The notes beneath the pieces are model-generated. The model was not told the origin of the DNA, ran no database searches, and saw nothing but the letters and a program-made list of their open reading frames with translations. A DNA stretch of 64,000 nucleotides from Candidatus Omnitrophota bacterium (GTDB taxonomy: Bacteria; Omnitrophota; Gorgyraeia; 2-01-FULL-45-10). Where the stretch lies: positions 4,627 to 68,626 of the forward strand of contig CAIMPC010000063.1 in NCBI GenBank assembly GCA_903843285.1. Reading direction: 5' to 3'. Below are positions 1 to 9,974 of this stretch, piece by piece (within the stretch, counting starts at the first letter, position 1; each line of letters begins with the position of its first letter). The translations under genes and the position numbers were made by a program.

Positions 1-1820
1 TCCTTAAACTGCATCTCGTAAAGCCTCTTATATAAGCCGCTTTTTTCGATCAATACGTCATGAGAGCCCTTTTCGACGATCCGGCCCCCGTCCATAACAT
101 ATATAACCGTTGCGTGCTTTATAGTGCTAAGCCTATGCGCCACAACAAATACCGTTCTCCCTGCCATCATCCTGTCAATAGCCTCCTGAACCAGCATCTC
201 AGATTCGGTATCCAGCTGTGAAGTCGCTTCGTCCAGTATCAATATAGGAGGGTCTTTGAATACGGCCCTGGCTATAGCCAGCCTCTGCTTTTCACCGCCT
301 GATAGCCTGAATCCCCTTTCACCTACTATCGTGTCGTATCCCTGTGGCATTTTCATAATAAAATTGTGGGCGTTGGCTATCTTAGCGGCCTTGATAACGT
401 CTTCCATATTAATACTGCCTGATCCATAAGATATATTGGCAGAAACGGTATCATTAAATAATATTGTCTCCTGCGTCACAATGCCTATCTGCTGCATGAG
501 CGATTTTATTTTGCAATCACGCACATCTGTGCCGTCTATCAATATAGACCCGCCTGTAACATCATAAAAACGGGGTAATAAATTTAATATCGTCGTCTTG
601 CCGACACCGCTTGGGCCCACAAAGGCCGCGACGCTTCCTACCGGAACATCAAAGCTTACGCCTTTCAGAACATTCTTATCTTCGTATTTGAAGTATACGT
701 CCTTAAATTCTACGCCTTTACTAATCTTTGGCAGTTCTACGGCGCCGGGCTTGTCGGAGACTGAGGGTTTCGTATCCAAAACCTCAAATATCCTGTCCGC
801 GGCCGCCATCGCCTGCTGATTTATACTGTAAACGTTCGTAAGGCGCTTTATAGGCCTCATCAAGGAAAGCATCGCCGCCAGAAATGTCACAAAAGCGCCG
901 GCAGAGAGCGCGCCGGAGACTATCTTATTACCCGCCAGCCACATTATTACAGCTATACAAAATATTCCCGCAAACTCGGTTATAGGACTGACGACTGTCA
1001 TCCTCTTAACGGACTTCATGGCAAGCTTATAGAAGTTCTGGTTTTGATTCTCGAACTTCTTCGCCTCATAATCCTCCATCGAGAAGGCCTTAACCACCCT
1101 GACGCCTGAAATAGTTTCATGCAGAGTGGTGGTGATATCGGCTATCCTCTCCTGGGACTGCCTGGAGATGGATTTTAAGCGCTTTCCGATCTTCACGACG
1201 GGGTAGATTACAAGGAGAAATAGCAATAAACTTATGCCTATCAGCGACCATGGGATCGCAAAATAGAATTTTATGACCAGGAGCATGACCGTGTAGATGA
1301 TAAGCTGAATGGGCTGATAAAATAGATCCGTTAGTCCCGTAGAAATCGAGTCCCGGATGACAGCCGAGTCATTGGTTATACGCGACATCAGCTTACCCGT
1401 GGCGTTTTTGGAATAAAAATCCATCGAGAGCGTCAGCATCTTTTTATATATTATGTTCTTAACGTCCCTTATTACCCGCTGGGAGACATCGTTCATTAGA
1501 TACGATTGACAGAAGTCGAAGAAACTCTTAAGGAGCCACAGAATAACTACTACTACTGTCATACTGCTTAGCAATTGTGCAGGCGACATAGAGTTGGCTT
1601 TATCTATAATAAACTGTAAAAACCCGGGCACAGGAATGCTCCCCGGGATGGTTATCTTTTTACCCGATATGACGTTGTCCACGAGCGGAATTATCATACC
1701 TATAGATACGCCGCTTAATGCGGACGTAGCCACCATGCAGACCCCTGCCGATACTAGCACCCATATGTGCGGGAGCACAAATTTTATTAACCTTCGATAA
1801 TTTCCGATTTTATGGCTCAT
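1..1820 (-). CDS. msbA: Lipid A export ABC transporter MsbA-like (3' end runs off the window)
   Basis: Read manually because the ORF track lacks it. ATG at 1820 (MSHKIGNYRRLIKF...), N-terminal TM domain, Walker A GPSGVGKT, signature LSGGEKQRLAIARA, ILILDEATSQLD, ends ...YKRLYEMQFK at the edge; lies next to lpxB. Confidence 0.85.
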   Translation of the reverse strand, partial: MSHKIGNYRRLIKFVLPHIWVLVSAGVCMVATSALSGVSIGMIIPLVDNVISGKKITIPGSIPVPGFLQFIIDKANSMSPAQLLSSMTVVVVILWLLKSFFDFCQSYLMNDVSQRVIRDVKNIIYKKMLTLSMDFYSKNATGKLMSRITNDSAVIRDSISTGLTDLFYQPIQLIIYTVMLLVIKFYFAIPWSLIGISLLLFLLVIYPVVKIGKRLKSISRQSQERIADITTTLHETISGVRVVKAFSMEDYEAKKFENQNQNFYKLAMKSVKRMTVVSPITEFAGIFCIAVIMWLAGNKIVSGALSAGAFVTFLAAMLSLMRPIKRLTNVYSINQQAMAAADRIFEVLDTKPSVSDKPGAVELPKISKGVEFKDVYFKYEDKNVLKGVSFDVPVGSVAAFVGPSGVGKTTILNLLPRFYDVTGGSILIDGTDVRDCKIKSLMQQIGIVTQETILFNDTVSANISYGSGSINMEDVIKAAKIANAHNFIMKMPQGYDTIVGERGFRLSGGEKQRLAIARAVFKDPPILILDEATSQLDTESEMLVQEAIDRMMAGRTVFVVAHRLSTIKHATVIYVMDGGRIVEKGSHDVLIEKSGLYKRLYEMQFK

Positions 1821-1868
1821 TTTTGGTGTATGTTATCACGTCGAGGGCTTATTGTCGAGGGAAATCGC

Positions 1869-1897
1869 TTGATACATGTTAATACGCATGCTATAAT
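1869..1897 (+). promoter_or_regulatory. sigma70-type promoter for the gnnA-like/lpxB unit
   Basis: TTGATA-N17-TATAAT with extended -10 TG, upstream of ATG 1951. Confidence 0.55.
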
Positions 1898-1950
1898 CCC
1901 GTTCTATGGTCTTCTTCGCTACTGAAGTTAGACCTGAAAGGCGTGCTATA

Positions 1951-2877
1951 ATGGAAAAGATACGTGTCGGTGTCGTTGGGGTCGGGCATCTGGGCTCCAT
2001 ACATACTAAAATGTACTCCAGGTTAAATAATGTAAAGTTGGTGGGCGTCTGTGACTGCAACCTTGAACGCTCCCTGGAGATCGGAAAGCGCTTTAAGGTC
2101 GCCAGCTACTCGGATTATGAAGAATTATTCGATAAGATCGATGCCGCCAGCATAGTCGTACCTACAAGCCTGCACTACAATGTCGCAAAGGACTTTCTCC
2201 GGCACGGTATACACGTTTTAATAGAAAAGCCTATAACTAAGACGCTTACAGAGGCCGATGAACTTATAGAGATAGCGGAAAAAAATAAACTGATCCTGCA
2301 GGTCGGACATATCGAACGTTTCAACTCAGCGGTGCTTGCGCTCGAACCCTATATTAATCGGCCTAAATTCATCGAGTGCCAGAGGCTCGGCCCTTTTCAC
2401 TCCAGGGTCCAGGATGTGGGCGTAGTCTTAGATCTTATGATCCACGATATCGATATTGTGCTGGGCCTTATACAGCAAGACGTAGTCAATATCGAAGCCG
2501 TTGGGCTTTCCACAATATCTAATTACGAAGATGTGGCGAACGTCCGCCTTACATTTAAGGATGGAACCATAGCCGACATCACCGCAAGCCGGGTCACAAA
2601 AGATGTCGTCAGAAAGATGCGTATATTTCAGGAAGAGTCCTACCTCTCGCTTGACTACGTCACGCAGAGCGCAATGCTCTTCGAAAAGACGGGTGATAAG
2701 ATTATTCAGAATAAGATACCGGTCCGTAAGAAGAATCCTCTTAAGAAGGAGCTTAAATCCTTCATAGACCGGGTCCAGACCGGAAAGCGCCCGATAGTTT
2801 CCGGCATTGAAGGTAGACGAGCCCTTGCTGTCGCTCTCGAGATAATAAAAAAGATCTCCCCTGCTAAACACCAGTAG
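1951..2877 (+). CDS. Gfo/Idh/MocA oxidoreductase, probable UDP-GlcNAc 3-dehydrogenase (GnnA-like)
   Basis: Rossmann GVVGVGHLG, EKP, GHIERFN, DLMIHDID motifs; immediately upstream of lpxB. Start moved to MEKIRVG at 1951. Confidence 0.8.
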   Translation: MEKIRVGVVGVGHLGSIHTKMYSRLNNVKLVGVCDCNLERSLEIGKRFKVASYSDYEELFDKIDAASIVVPTSLHYNVAKDFLRHGIHVLIEKPITKTLTEADELIEIAEKNKLILQVGHIERFNSAVLALEPYINRPKFIECQRLGPFHSRVQDVGVVLDLMIHDIDIVLGLIQQDVVNIEAVGLSTISNYEDVANVRLTFKDGTIADITASRVTKDVVRKMRIFQEESYLSLDYVTQSAMLFEKTGDKIIQNKIPVRKKNPLKKELKSFIDRVQTGKRPIVSGIEGRRALAVALEIIKKISPAKHQ

Positions 2878-2910
2878 CGCAAAATTAATTCATGAGCAAA
2901 TAAAACTTTT

Positions 2911-4047
2911 ATGTCGAAAAAAATACTCATAATCTCAGGCGAACCCTCCGGAGACCTCCACGCCTCCAATCTTGTGCGCAACCTTAAGTCTCTCGATCCC
3001 ACACTGCAATTTTACGGAGTCGGAGGAGAGCTTTCGAAGGCCGCAGGCGTAGAGATCATATTCGACATAACGAAACTCGCGCTTATAGGCCTGGTTGAGG
3101 TCCTAAAAAATATTTTTGTCGTAAAGGATGCTCGCGATGCCATAATCTCGCGAATAGGCCGGGAGCGGCCGGATATGGCGATTCTCGTCGACTACCCCGG
3201 ATTTAATCTAAGAATGGCGCAAAGCCTATCCGGGAAGGGTATCCCGGTAATCTACTATATAAGCCCACAGGTCTGGGCTTGGGGCCGGGATAGGGTCAAG
3301 ATAATTAAGAAGTGCGTAAAGAAGATGGTGGTCTTCTTTAGGTTCGAGAAAGAATTTTATAAGGCCTTCGGGATAGACGCTGAATTCGTGGGGCATCCTC
3401 TCGTGGACGTGGTAAAGGTCACCTCGTCTAAAGAAGAGACATTTAAAAAATATTCACTTTCAAAGGATAAGAAGACGATTGCCATATTGCCCGGGTCGAG
3501 GGAATCTGAGATAATCACTCTTCTGCCGGAAATAGCTAAGGCGTCCGCTATCGTAAGCGAGAAGATCGGGGGCGTACAATTTATTATATCGAAGCGTCCT
3601 GATCGCCCGATATCGATGTACGATGCGGGGCTTAAAGGCGCTTCTTTCGATTACAAACTTATTGAGGGAGATACCCATAACATAGTAGCCGCCTCGGATT
3701 TCGCTGTAGTCGCCTCAGGGACGGCCACTCTCGAGACCGGAATGCTCGGAACGCCTCTCATAGTAGTATATAAGACGGCGTTTCTGACCAGTGTAATCTA
3801 CCATATGGTTAAGGATATACATTTTTTAGGACTGGTAAATGTGGTGGCCGGAAAAGAGGTGGCTCCGGAATTATTGCAGTACGAGATGACGGCGAAGAAC
3901 ATATCCGATAAGATCATCGAAGCGCTATCAGATCCCTCAAAGCTCGCCCACACACGCAAAGAGCTCGCCGGCATACTCCCATCTCTGGGCCCCGGCGGAG
4001 CCAGCATGCGCGCCGCCCAGGCAATTCTGCCATTACTTAAATCATAG
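2911..4047 (+). CDS. lpxB: Lipid-A-disaccharide synthase
   Basis: SGEPSGDLH, VDYPGFNL, YYISPQVWAW, VGHPL, LPGSRESE, SGTATLE motifs. Confidence 0.95.
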   Translation: MSKKILIISGEPSGDLHASNLVRNLKSLDPTLQFYGVGGELSKAAGVEIIFDITKLALIGLVEVLKNIFVVKDARDAIISRIGRERPDMAILVDYPGFNLRMAQSLSGKGIPVIYYISPQVWAWGRDRVKIIKKCVKKMVVFFRFEKEFYKAFGIDAEFVGHPLVDVVKVTSSKEETFKKYSLSKDKKTIAILPGSRESEIITLLPEIAKASAIVSEKIGGVQFIISKRPDRPISMYDAGLKGASFDYKLIEGDTHNIVAASDFAVVASGTATLETGMLGTPLIVVYKTAFLTSVIYHMVKDIHFLGLVNVVAGKEVAPELLQYEMTAKNISDKIIEALSDPSKLAHTRKELAGILPSLGPGGASMRAAQAILPLLKS

Positions 4048-4124
4048 CCTTGCACCAGGTGCATTTTCCAGAGCAGACAATTTAATCCACTCGCAGTAAA
4101 TTGTACCCGGTACAAAATCGCTTA

Positions 4125-5465
4125 CTAAATCGTAATCTTCCCGATCACTTCGCGCGTCGCATCCAATACATATTCCAGCTCGCGCTTTTTAATTGAGAGC
4201 GGTGGAAATAGGTATATGATGTCACCGAGCGGCCGCAATATTATTGACTTTTTCAAGCCCGCCTTATATATCTCCAGGCCAAGTCTGAGTTTAGGATCAA
4301 ATCTCTCCTTAGTCTTCTTATTCTTTACGAGCTCTATAGCGCATATCATGCCTATGTGGCGCACATCGCCTACTATCGGCAACTGTCGAATGCCCTCCAG
4401 ATAAGTGCAAAGCATTGGTATAAGGCCCTTCACATGGCCGAGCGTATCCTCTTCCCGAAATACCTCAAGGCTTGCCAGCGCGGCAGCGCACGAAATGGGA
4501 TTAGCTGTGAATGTATGTCCATGATAGAAGGTCCTGGCCTTATCGTAGTCAGCGTAGAACGCGTCATATATTTTATCGGTAGTTAATGTCACTCCGAGCG
4601 GCAGATAGCCTGAAGTTATCCCTTTAGAAAGACACATAAAGTCAGGGGCGATATTTACATGATCACATGCGAACATCTTCCCCGTCCTGCCAAAGCCCGT
4701 AGCGACCTCATCGATTATAAGGTGGACGTTATATTTTTTTGCAAGCATAGCGATTTTGGACAGGTACTCCTTGGGATAAATTATCATCCCTCCGGCGGCC
4801 ATAACTAAAGGCTCTGCTATAATAGCCGAGATTTGCGATGAATTTTTCTTCAATATAACTTCGAGCGCTTTTACGCATTCAAAGGCGCATAGATCTTTAC
4901 TCTTGCCCATCGGACAGCGGTAACAATATGGCGCGGGGGCTTTGAATGATTTGAATAGCAGGCTGTCGAATATGCTATTGAACATACCCACGCCGCTCAC
5001 CGACATTGCGCCTATAGTATCTCCGTGATAACCACGGTCCAGCGATACAAATCTCTTTTTGTGTTTCTTGCCGATATTATTCCAATATTGGAACGATAAT
5101 TTTAGCGCAGTCTCTACCGCCGTTGAGCCGTTATCTGAGAAGAAGACCTTCTTTAATCCACGCGGCGAAATTTTTACCAGGCGTTCCGCCAGAAGTATCG
5201 CTTTTTCATGAGTAAAACCGGCAAATAGGACATGCTCTAATTTATCGAGCTGTCCCTTTATGGCATTCTTTATCCGTGGATGATTGTGGCCGTGGACATT
5301 GCACCACCAGCTGGAGATAGTATCATAGTAGAAATTTCCCTTATCATCGTAAAGCTTAATGCCTTTCGCCTTCTCGATTAAGATGGGAGGCATCTTCCGA
5401 CAATCCTTCATCTGGGTGTAAGGATGCCAGATATTCTTAAGGTCTCTTCTTATCCAGTCGGTCAT
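4125..5465 (-). CDS. bioA: Adenosylmethionine-8-amino-7-oxononanoate aminotransferase
   Basis: IWHPYTQM, SSWWCNVHGH, SDNGSTAVETALK, YHGDT, DEVATGFGRTG, PLP Lys in LSKGITSGYLP; in bio operon. Confidence 0.95.
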   Translation of the reverse strand: MTDWIRRDLKNIWHPYTQMKDCRKMPPILIEKAKGIKLYDDKGNFYYDTISSWWCNVHGHNHPRIKNAIKGQLDKLEHVLFAGFTHEKAILLAERLVKISPRGLKKVFFSDNGSTAVETALKLSFQYWNNIGKKHKKRFVSLDRGYHGDTIGAMSVSGVGMFNSIFDSLLFKSFKAPAPYCYRCPMGKSKDLCAFECVKALEVILKKNSSQISAIIAEPLVMAAGGMIIYPKEYLSKIAMLAKKYNVHLIIDEVATGFGRTGKMFACDHVNIAPDFMCLSKGITSGYLPLGVTLTTDKIYDAFYADYDKARTFYHGHTFTANPISCAAALASLEVFREEDTLGHVKGLIPMLCTYLEGIRQLPIVGDVRHIGMICAIELVKNKKTKERFDPKLRLGLEIYKAGLKKSIILRPLGDIIYLFPPLSIKKRELEYVLDATREVIGKITI

Positions 5466-5484
5466 CTTTTCTTCCCAAGCCTTT

Positions 5485-5684
5485 TATATAGTAACAACCC
5501 AGTGCTATAAGGGTTTCGACGAGGCTTGTCATTGCGAGGCGCGCCGGAGTTTTAGTGGCGGGCGAAGCAATCCCCTTGCCTGGAGGCTTCACACTCCAAA
5601 AGCAAGATTGCTTCGTCGCCCGACGTTAAAACAATAGCTTCTCGCAACGACGAGTCTGTTATAGAGCTGAACTGTTACTTTATA
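5485..5684. mobile_element. ~200-bp MITE-like palindromic element between bioD and bioA
   Basis: Imperfect 26-bp terminal inverted repeats (5485-5510 and 5659-5684, 20/26 match). They enclose nested inverted repeats GTCATTGCGAG...CTCGCAACGAC and CGAAGCAATC...GATTGCTTCG. No coding capacity. Confidence 0.6.
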
Positions 5685-5698
5685 TTAGCCCTTACAAA

Positions 5699-6403
5699 TT
5701 AATGGGTCCTGTCTTCGGTCGCCTTCTCTACATTTCTGCCTATCGAGCGAAATTGTTGATACAAAATTTCCTTATTTCGCGACGACGAAATAGTCCCCAG
5801 CATAGCCATACCAGCTATGCTCCCAACTATCCTTGGGTTGTCTTTAAGAATCATTTCGTCCTGCTCACTGCAATTATTATTAAAGATAACGCCGGCTATT
5901 TTCATGCCTCGCGCCTTAAGGGCTTCTATACTTAATAACGTGCTGTTAATTGCCCCCAGCCTATTGCCGGCTACGAGCAGTACGGGCAGGCGCATTCGTC
6001 TCACCACGTCTATGATGAGCTTTCCGCCTCCAATAGGAACCAATAGCCCTCCACTTCCTTCGATAATTATGAAGTCGAAGTCTTTCGACAGTGTGGTCAA
6101 AGATTTCTTTATCTTCGCTTCGCTTATACGTCTTTTCTCGAGCCGCGCAGCCAAGTGTGGAGATGAAGCATGCTTAAATTCATATGGCATCATCAATGGC
6201 AAATATTTAGAGTAATCGGCCCTATCTCTTCCCATAAAATTAAGATGGGTATCGATATCGTTTTTCATTTCCACGGAGCCGGTCTGTATCCACTTCTGAG
6301 TCACGACCCGATAGCCTTTCTCAAGCAGATACCGCCCCAAAAGTCCGGTTATCACCGTCTTACCTACGCCTGTACCTGTGCCCGCTACAAATACAGCTTT
6401 CAC
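5699..6403 (-). CDS. bioD: Dethiobiotin synthase
   Basis: GTGTGVGKT P-loop, SPHLAA, IEGSGGLLVP, LGAINSTLL. Confidence 0.95.
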   Translation of the reverse strand: MKAVFVAGTGTGVGKTVITGLLGRYLLEKGYRVVTQKWIQTGSVEMKNDIDTHLNFMGRDRADYSKYLPLMMPYEFKHASSPHLAARLEKRRISEAKIKKSLTTLSKDFDFIIIEGSGGLLVPIGGGKLIIDVVRRMRLPVLLVAGNRLGAINSTLLSIEALKARGMKIAGVIFNNNCSEQDEMILKDNPRIVGSIAGMAMLGTISSSRNKEILYQQFRSIGRNVEKATEDRTH

Positions 6404-7164
6404 CCTCGGGCTCCGCAGTAGAATATCTGGTAGGTTGCCCTGATGCTGTCATATTTTGTTAAATAGGCCTCTTCTATCTTACCGAATAGGCCGCGCTTAC
6501 CCGCTGCCAAATTTTCCACTCCTTCTCCCCTTGTGCCGGTATACTTTATATTATCCAGAAGCTGTTTCAGCGAGCCATACTCTTCGGTAATGAATCTCTC
6601 TTCGGTAAAAAATTCCCGAAAACAACTCTTCATGATCTTCGATAAATTTTCTTCGCCCAAAAAGTTCTCTGCACTTATAGATGCGCTGCCGCCAAGCACT
6701 TCTTTCAGTGACTGACCAAGCTCACAAAACGTTAAAGGTCCGAAGACGGAAAATACCATACTGCCACCCGATGTCAGGGCCTGCCTATATTTCCGGACGG
6801 ATGCCTCCAGGTCACTCAGCCATTGAAATGTCGCGTTGGATGTAATGAGATCGAACCCGTCCGAGAAGCTTATTTTTTCCGCGTCGGCCACGATAAATTC
6901 GATCCCGTTATTTCCGCATTTACTCCGGGCGGCATCCACCATGTCATGTGATATATCGAGCGCTGTTATGTTAGCGCCCTTATACTTTTTGCGAAGAAGG
7001 AGAGTGTAATTGCCGGTGCCGCAGCCGATATCCAGAATTTGGCTATATTCTTTCCCGCCCAGCTTATCTATAAGCTCCCTTGCCGCCAAGGATTGAACAT
7101 GCGCATATTTATCATATAGGTGTGAATGCCTCGAAAAGTTCCTCGTGATCACAGATAATGTCAT
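6400..7164 (-). CDS. bioC: Malonyl-ACP O-methyltransferase
   Basis: N-terminal FSR..LYDKYAHVQ, SAM motif LDIGCGTG, SNATFQW; in bio operon. Confidence 0.9.
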   Translation of the reverse strand: MTLSVITRNFSRHSHLYDKYAHVQSLAARELIDKLGGKEYSQILDIGCGTGNYTLLLRKKYKGANITALDISHDMVDAARSKCGNNGIEFIVADAEKISFSDGFDLITSNATFQWLSDLEASVRKYRQALTSGGSMVFSVFGPLTFCELGQSLKEVLGGSASISAENFLGEENLSKIMKSCFREFFTEERFITEEYGSLKQLLDNIKYTGTRGEGVENLAAGKRGLFGKIEEAYLTKYDSIRATYQIFYCGARG

Positions 7165-7841
7165 ACGAGCACCTCTTTAAAGGCGGGCGAAAGGAACGGC
7201 ATGTGGCCGGCGTCATCGATCGTAATAAGTTCGGCCTCCGGGATTTGACTCACCAGCTCTTTGACTTCCCCAATCGGCGCGATTAAATCTTTCGCACCGT
7301 GGATAAACTTAACCTTTAAGCCATTCAATGGCCGTGGCTCTATACTGTGTTCCGATAGATAATCCAACCCCTCGATAAGCCGCTCCAAATCCATGCACTC
7401 AAGGTAAATCTTCATAAGATCCTCTTTAAAAAGGCTGAAAGATTCCTTATCTTCCTCGGAAAAACAGTTACCATAAAATTTACGGAGAAACCCGCGTCTA
7501 TTCTTCTCCAGAAGCAATTTTATATTATCGTTATTTGTTTTTGAGTAACTCCGTCTTGCGCTGACGAGAAATCCATCATCTATCAGACCCCGATGTTTTG
7601 ATAGAAACTCCCAGATTATGAAGGCGCCCATAGACCAGCCAAGCGCCGATACCTTCTTCAGGCCATTATCATTTAAAACATCGGGAAGATCATCCGCCAG
7701 TTTGAAAGAAGAAAAATCGACAGGAAGGAGATAGTTGTATCCTATGTTTAGCCTATCGAATATTCTGTAATCACAAGCCCATCCGGACACCAAAAGCATT
7801 GTCTTTCGAAAACCTCTGTCCACAAACCTAAATTTTGACAT
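7161..7841 (-). CDS. Alpha/beta hydrolase, probable pimeloyl-ACP methyl ester carboxylesterase (BioH-like)
   Basis: Nucleophile elbow GWSMG, HGAKDLIAP and AGHMPF give a catalytic triad pattern; sits between bioF and bioC. Confidence 0.75.
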   Translation of the reverse strand: MSKFRFVDRGFRKTMLLVSGWACDYRIFDRLNIGYNYLLPVDFSSFKLADDLPDVLNDNGLKKVSALGWSMGAFIIWEFLSKHRGLIDDGFLVSARRSYSKTNNDNIKLLLEKNRRGFLRKFYGNCFSEEDKESFSLFKEDLMKIYLECMDLERLIEGLDYLSEHSIEPRPLNGLKVKFIHGAKDLIAPIGEVKELVSQIPEAELITIDDAGHMPFLSPAFKEVLV

Positions 7842-8979
7842 GGGCAATATCTTTCAGCAGTGCACAGAGGATCTCTTCGGTATGATAAGAAGTTATTGAG
7901 AATCTAAGGCGCGCCTCTTTCTGCGGAACCGTAGGCGGCCGTATCGGCAATACCCAATAGCCTTTCTCCTGAACGGCTTTTGCAAATCTCATAGCCCTAT
8001 CATTCTCTCCTGCTATAACAGGCACTATCTGAGACGATCCCCTAACCTCAAAACCCATCGCTACTAATCTATCGCGGAAAAATTTGGCCTTACTAATCAG
8101 CGATCTCCTTCTATGCGGCTCCTCCTTAACGACCTCCAGGCTCGCTAAATTTCCCGCGATTACCGCCGGCGGCAAGCTCGTCGAATATATGAAGCTTCTG
8201 CACGTATTAATCAGGTAGTCGATCACATCTTTAGATGAGGCTAAATACGCGCCAAAACTACCGAGGGCTTTACTGAAAGTTCCCATTATCAGATCCACTC
8301 TGTCGGACAACCCTTCCTCCTCTACGACACCGGCCCCATTAATCCCAAATATTCCCGTGGCATGCGCCTCGTCCACCATTATCCGGCAATCATATTTCTC
8401 TTTTAACTCGACAAGCCTCTCTATGGGCGCCCTGTCCCCGTCCATACTGAATATTGTCTCTGTTATTATAAGCGCTCTCTTAAATCTATTTCGATGGCGC
8501 TTAAGAAGCGTCTCGAGACTGTCGGGGTCATTATGAAGAAATCGAAATACTTTAGCGGCGCTTAGAAACATACCGTCTATTATGCTTGCATGATTGAGCT
8601 TGTCGGAGAATATCGCATCACCTTCACCGTATAGAGCGCTCAGTATCCCTATATTTGCCTGATATCCGGAATTGAATACGAGCGCCGCCTCCTTATTCTT
8701 AAATCGGGCCACCTCTTCTTCGAGGCGGTGGTGAATATCAAAGCTGCCGCTTAAAAGGCGGGATGCCGAGGAGCCTATGCCGAACTCATCTATTGCAGCC
8801 TTAGCGGCATTTATTAATTTGGGATGTCCGGAGAGTCCGAGATAGTCGTTCGATGAAAAATCTATATACTCACTGCCGCCCATGGTAATCTTGCCGTTTC
8901 CCCTGGAAGTTATGGGCCTAAGGCCCCTGAGAAGTCCTTCCGCGGATCTCTTATCCAGAAAGGCTCTTATTTCATCCAC
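7828..8979 (-). CDS. bioF: 8-amino-7-oxononanoate synthase
   Basis: FSSNDYLGLS, SGYQANIG, NHASIIDG, FSMDGD, DEAHATG, GTFSKALG, IRPPTVP. Confidence 0.95.
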   Translation of the reverse strand: MDEIRAFLDKRSAEGLLRGLRPITSRGNGKITMGGSEYIDFSSNDYLGLSGHPKLINAAKAAIDEFGIGSSASRLLSGSFDIHHRLEEEVARFKNKEAALVFNSGYQANIGILSALYGEGDAIFSDKLNHASIIDGMFLSAAKVFRFLHNDPDSLETLLKRHRNRFKRALIITETIFSMDGDRAPIERLVELKEKYDCRIMVDEAHATGIFGINGAGVVEEEGLSDRVDLIMGTFSKALGSFGAYLASSKDVIDYLINTCRSFIYSTSLPPAVIAGNLASLEVVKEEPHRRRSLISKAKFFRDRLVAMGFEVRGSSQIVPVIAGENDRAMRFAKAVQEKGYWVLPIRPPTVPQKEARLRFSITSYHTEEILCALLKDIAHVKI

Positions 8980-9887
8980 GCTCTTTTTATCTCCTCGACA
9001 AAGATCCGGTCATCCTCCGGGGGTCTGCCCGCTGTGGTCAGGTATCCGCCGATGAGCATGCCATTGGCGCCCGCCATAAAGGCCATGGCCTGGAAATCCT
9101 TCAATATTGTTTCTCTGCCGGCGGCGACCTTCACCACCTTATCCTTCATAATTATCCTGAATAATGCTATCGTTCTTATGACATCTGATGAAGAGATCGC
9201 CTTCATACCCTGAAGAGCCGTACCTTTTACAGGTACGAGCACATTAATAGGCACAGAGTCCACATCCAACTCTTTCAGGGTTAGGGCCATGTCGATCCTG
9301 TCGTCCCACGTCTCTCCTATACCTATTATTCCTCCGCTACAGACCTGGAGCCCTGCGTTCTTTGCAGCTTTTATCGTATTTACCCTGTCCCGGAAAGAAT
9401 GTGTCGTGACTATCTTCTTAAAATGATTTGTGGAGGTCTCGATATTATGATGATATCTGGATAACCCGGAGCGCTTTAATAATGTGAGGTCCTGCTCATC
9501 GAGCTCTCCTAAAGAAGCACACACGTAGATGCCAATATCATCTTTAATCTTCTGTACGGCTTCCGCTATCGTCCTAAGGTCTTCTCTGGTAAGGGCGTTG
9601 CCGCTCGTCACGATCCCGAATTTGCACGCACCCATTGCCTTAGCGCTCCTGGCTGCATCAACCATCTCGCGTTTACTCTTAAGCGGATATATGGACACCC
9701 CTGTATCGTGGCATGAAGCTTGAGCGCAGAACTTGCAATCTTCTCGGCATAGGCCGGATTTCGCATTCATTATGTTACACAGATCGAACGTATCGCCCAT
9801 CGATTCTCTTCTTACGCGATCGGCTTTAGAAATAAGCTCTGTTAGCGGTAATTCCAATAACGCTTTAGCGCTGAGTCTATCCATCAT
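8967..9887 (-). CDS. bioB: Biotin synthase
   Basis: Radical SAM CREDCKFC, YHHNIET, CSGGIIGIGE, DSVPIN, GGYLTT. Confidence 0.95.
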   Translation of the reverse strand: MMDRLSAKALLELPLTELISKADRVRRESMGDTFDLCNIMNAKSGLCREDCKFCAQASCHDTGVSIYPLKSKREMVDAARSAKAMGACKFGIVTSGNALTREDLRTIAEAVQKIKDDIGIYVCASLGELDEQDLTLLKRSGLSRYHHNIETSTNHFKKIVTTHSFRDRVNTIKAAKNAGLQVCSGGIIGIGETWDDRIDMALTLKELDVDSVPINVLVPVKGTALQGMKAISSSDVIRTIALFRIIMKDKVVKVAAGRETILKDFQAMAFMAGANGMLIGGYLTTAGRPPEDDRIFVEEIKRAWMK

Positions 9888-9914
9888 CTCCTCCGGTAAT
9901 TTATGATTTTACAT

Positions 9915-9943
9915 AATATACCGTATGACTGTGATGGCGTCAA
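9915..9943 (-). promoter_or_regulatory. sigma70-type promoter of the bio operon
   Basis: Minus strand TTGACG-N17-TATATT upstream of bioB; the -35 overlaps the BirA-like palindrome. Confidence 0.55.
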
Positions 9944-9968
9944 CCTGTAAAATATTATTGGTTTACAA
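9938..9968. promoter_or_regulatory. BirA biotin repressor operator
   Basis: cGTCAACC-N14-GGTTTACAA matches the established BirA consensus TGTaAACC-N14..16-GGTTtACA, directly upstream of bioB. Confidence 0.75.
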
Positions 9969-9974
9969 TGGAGA

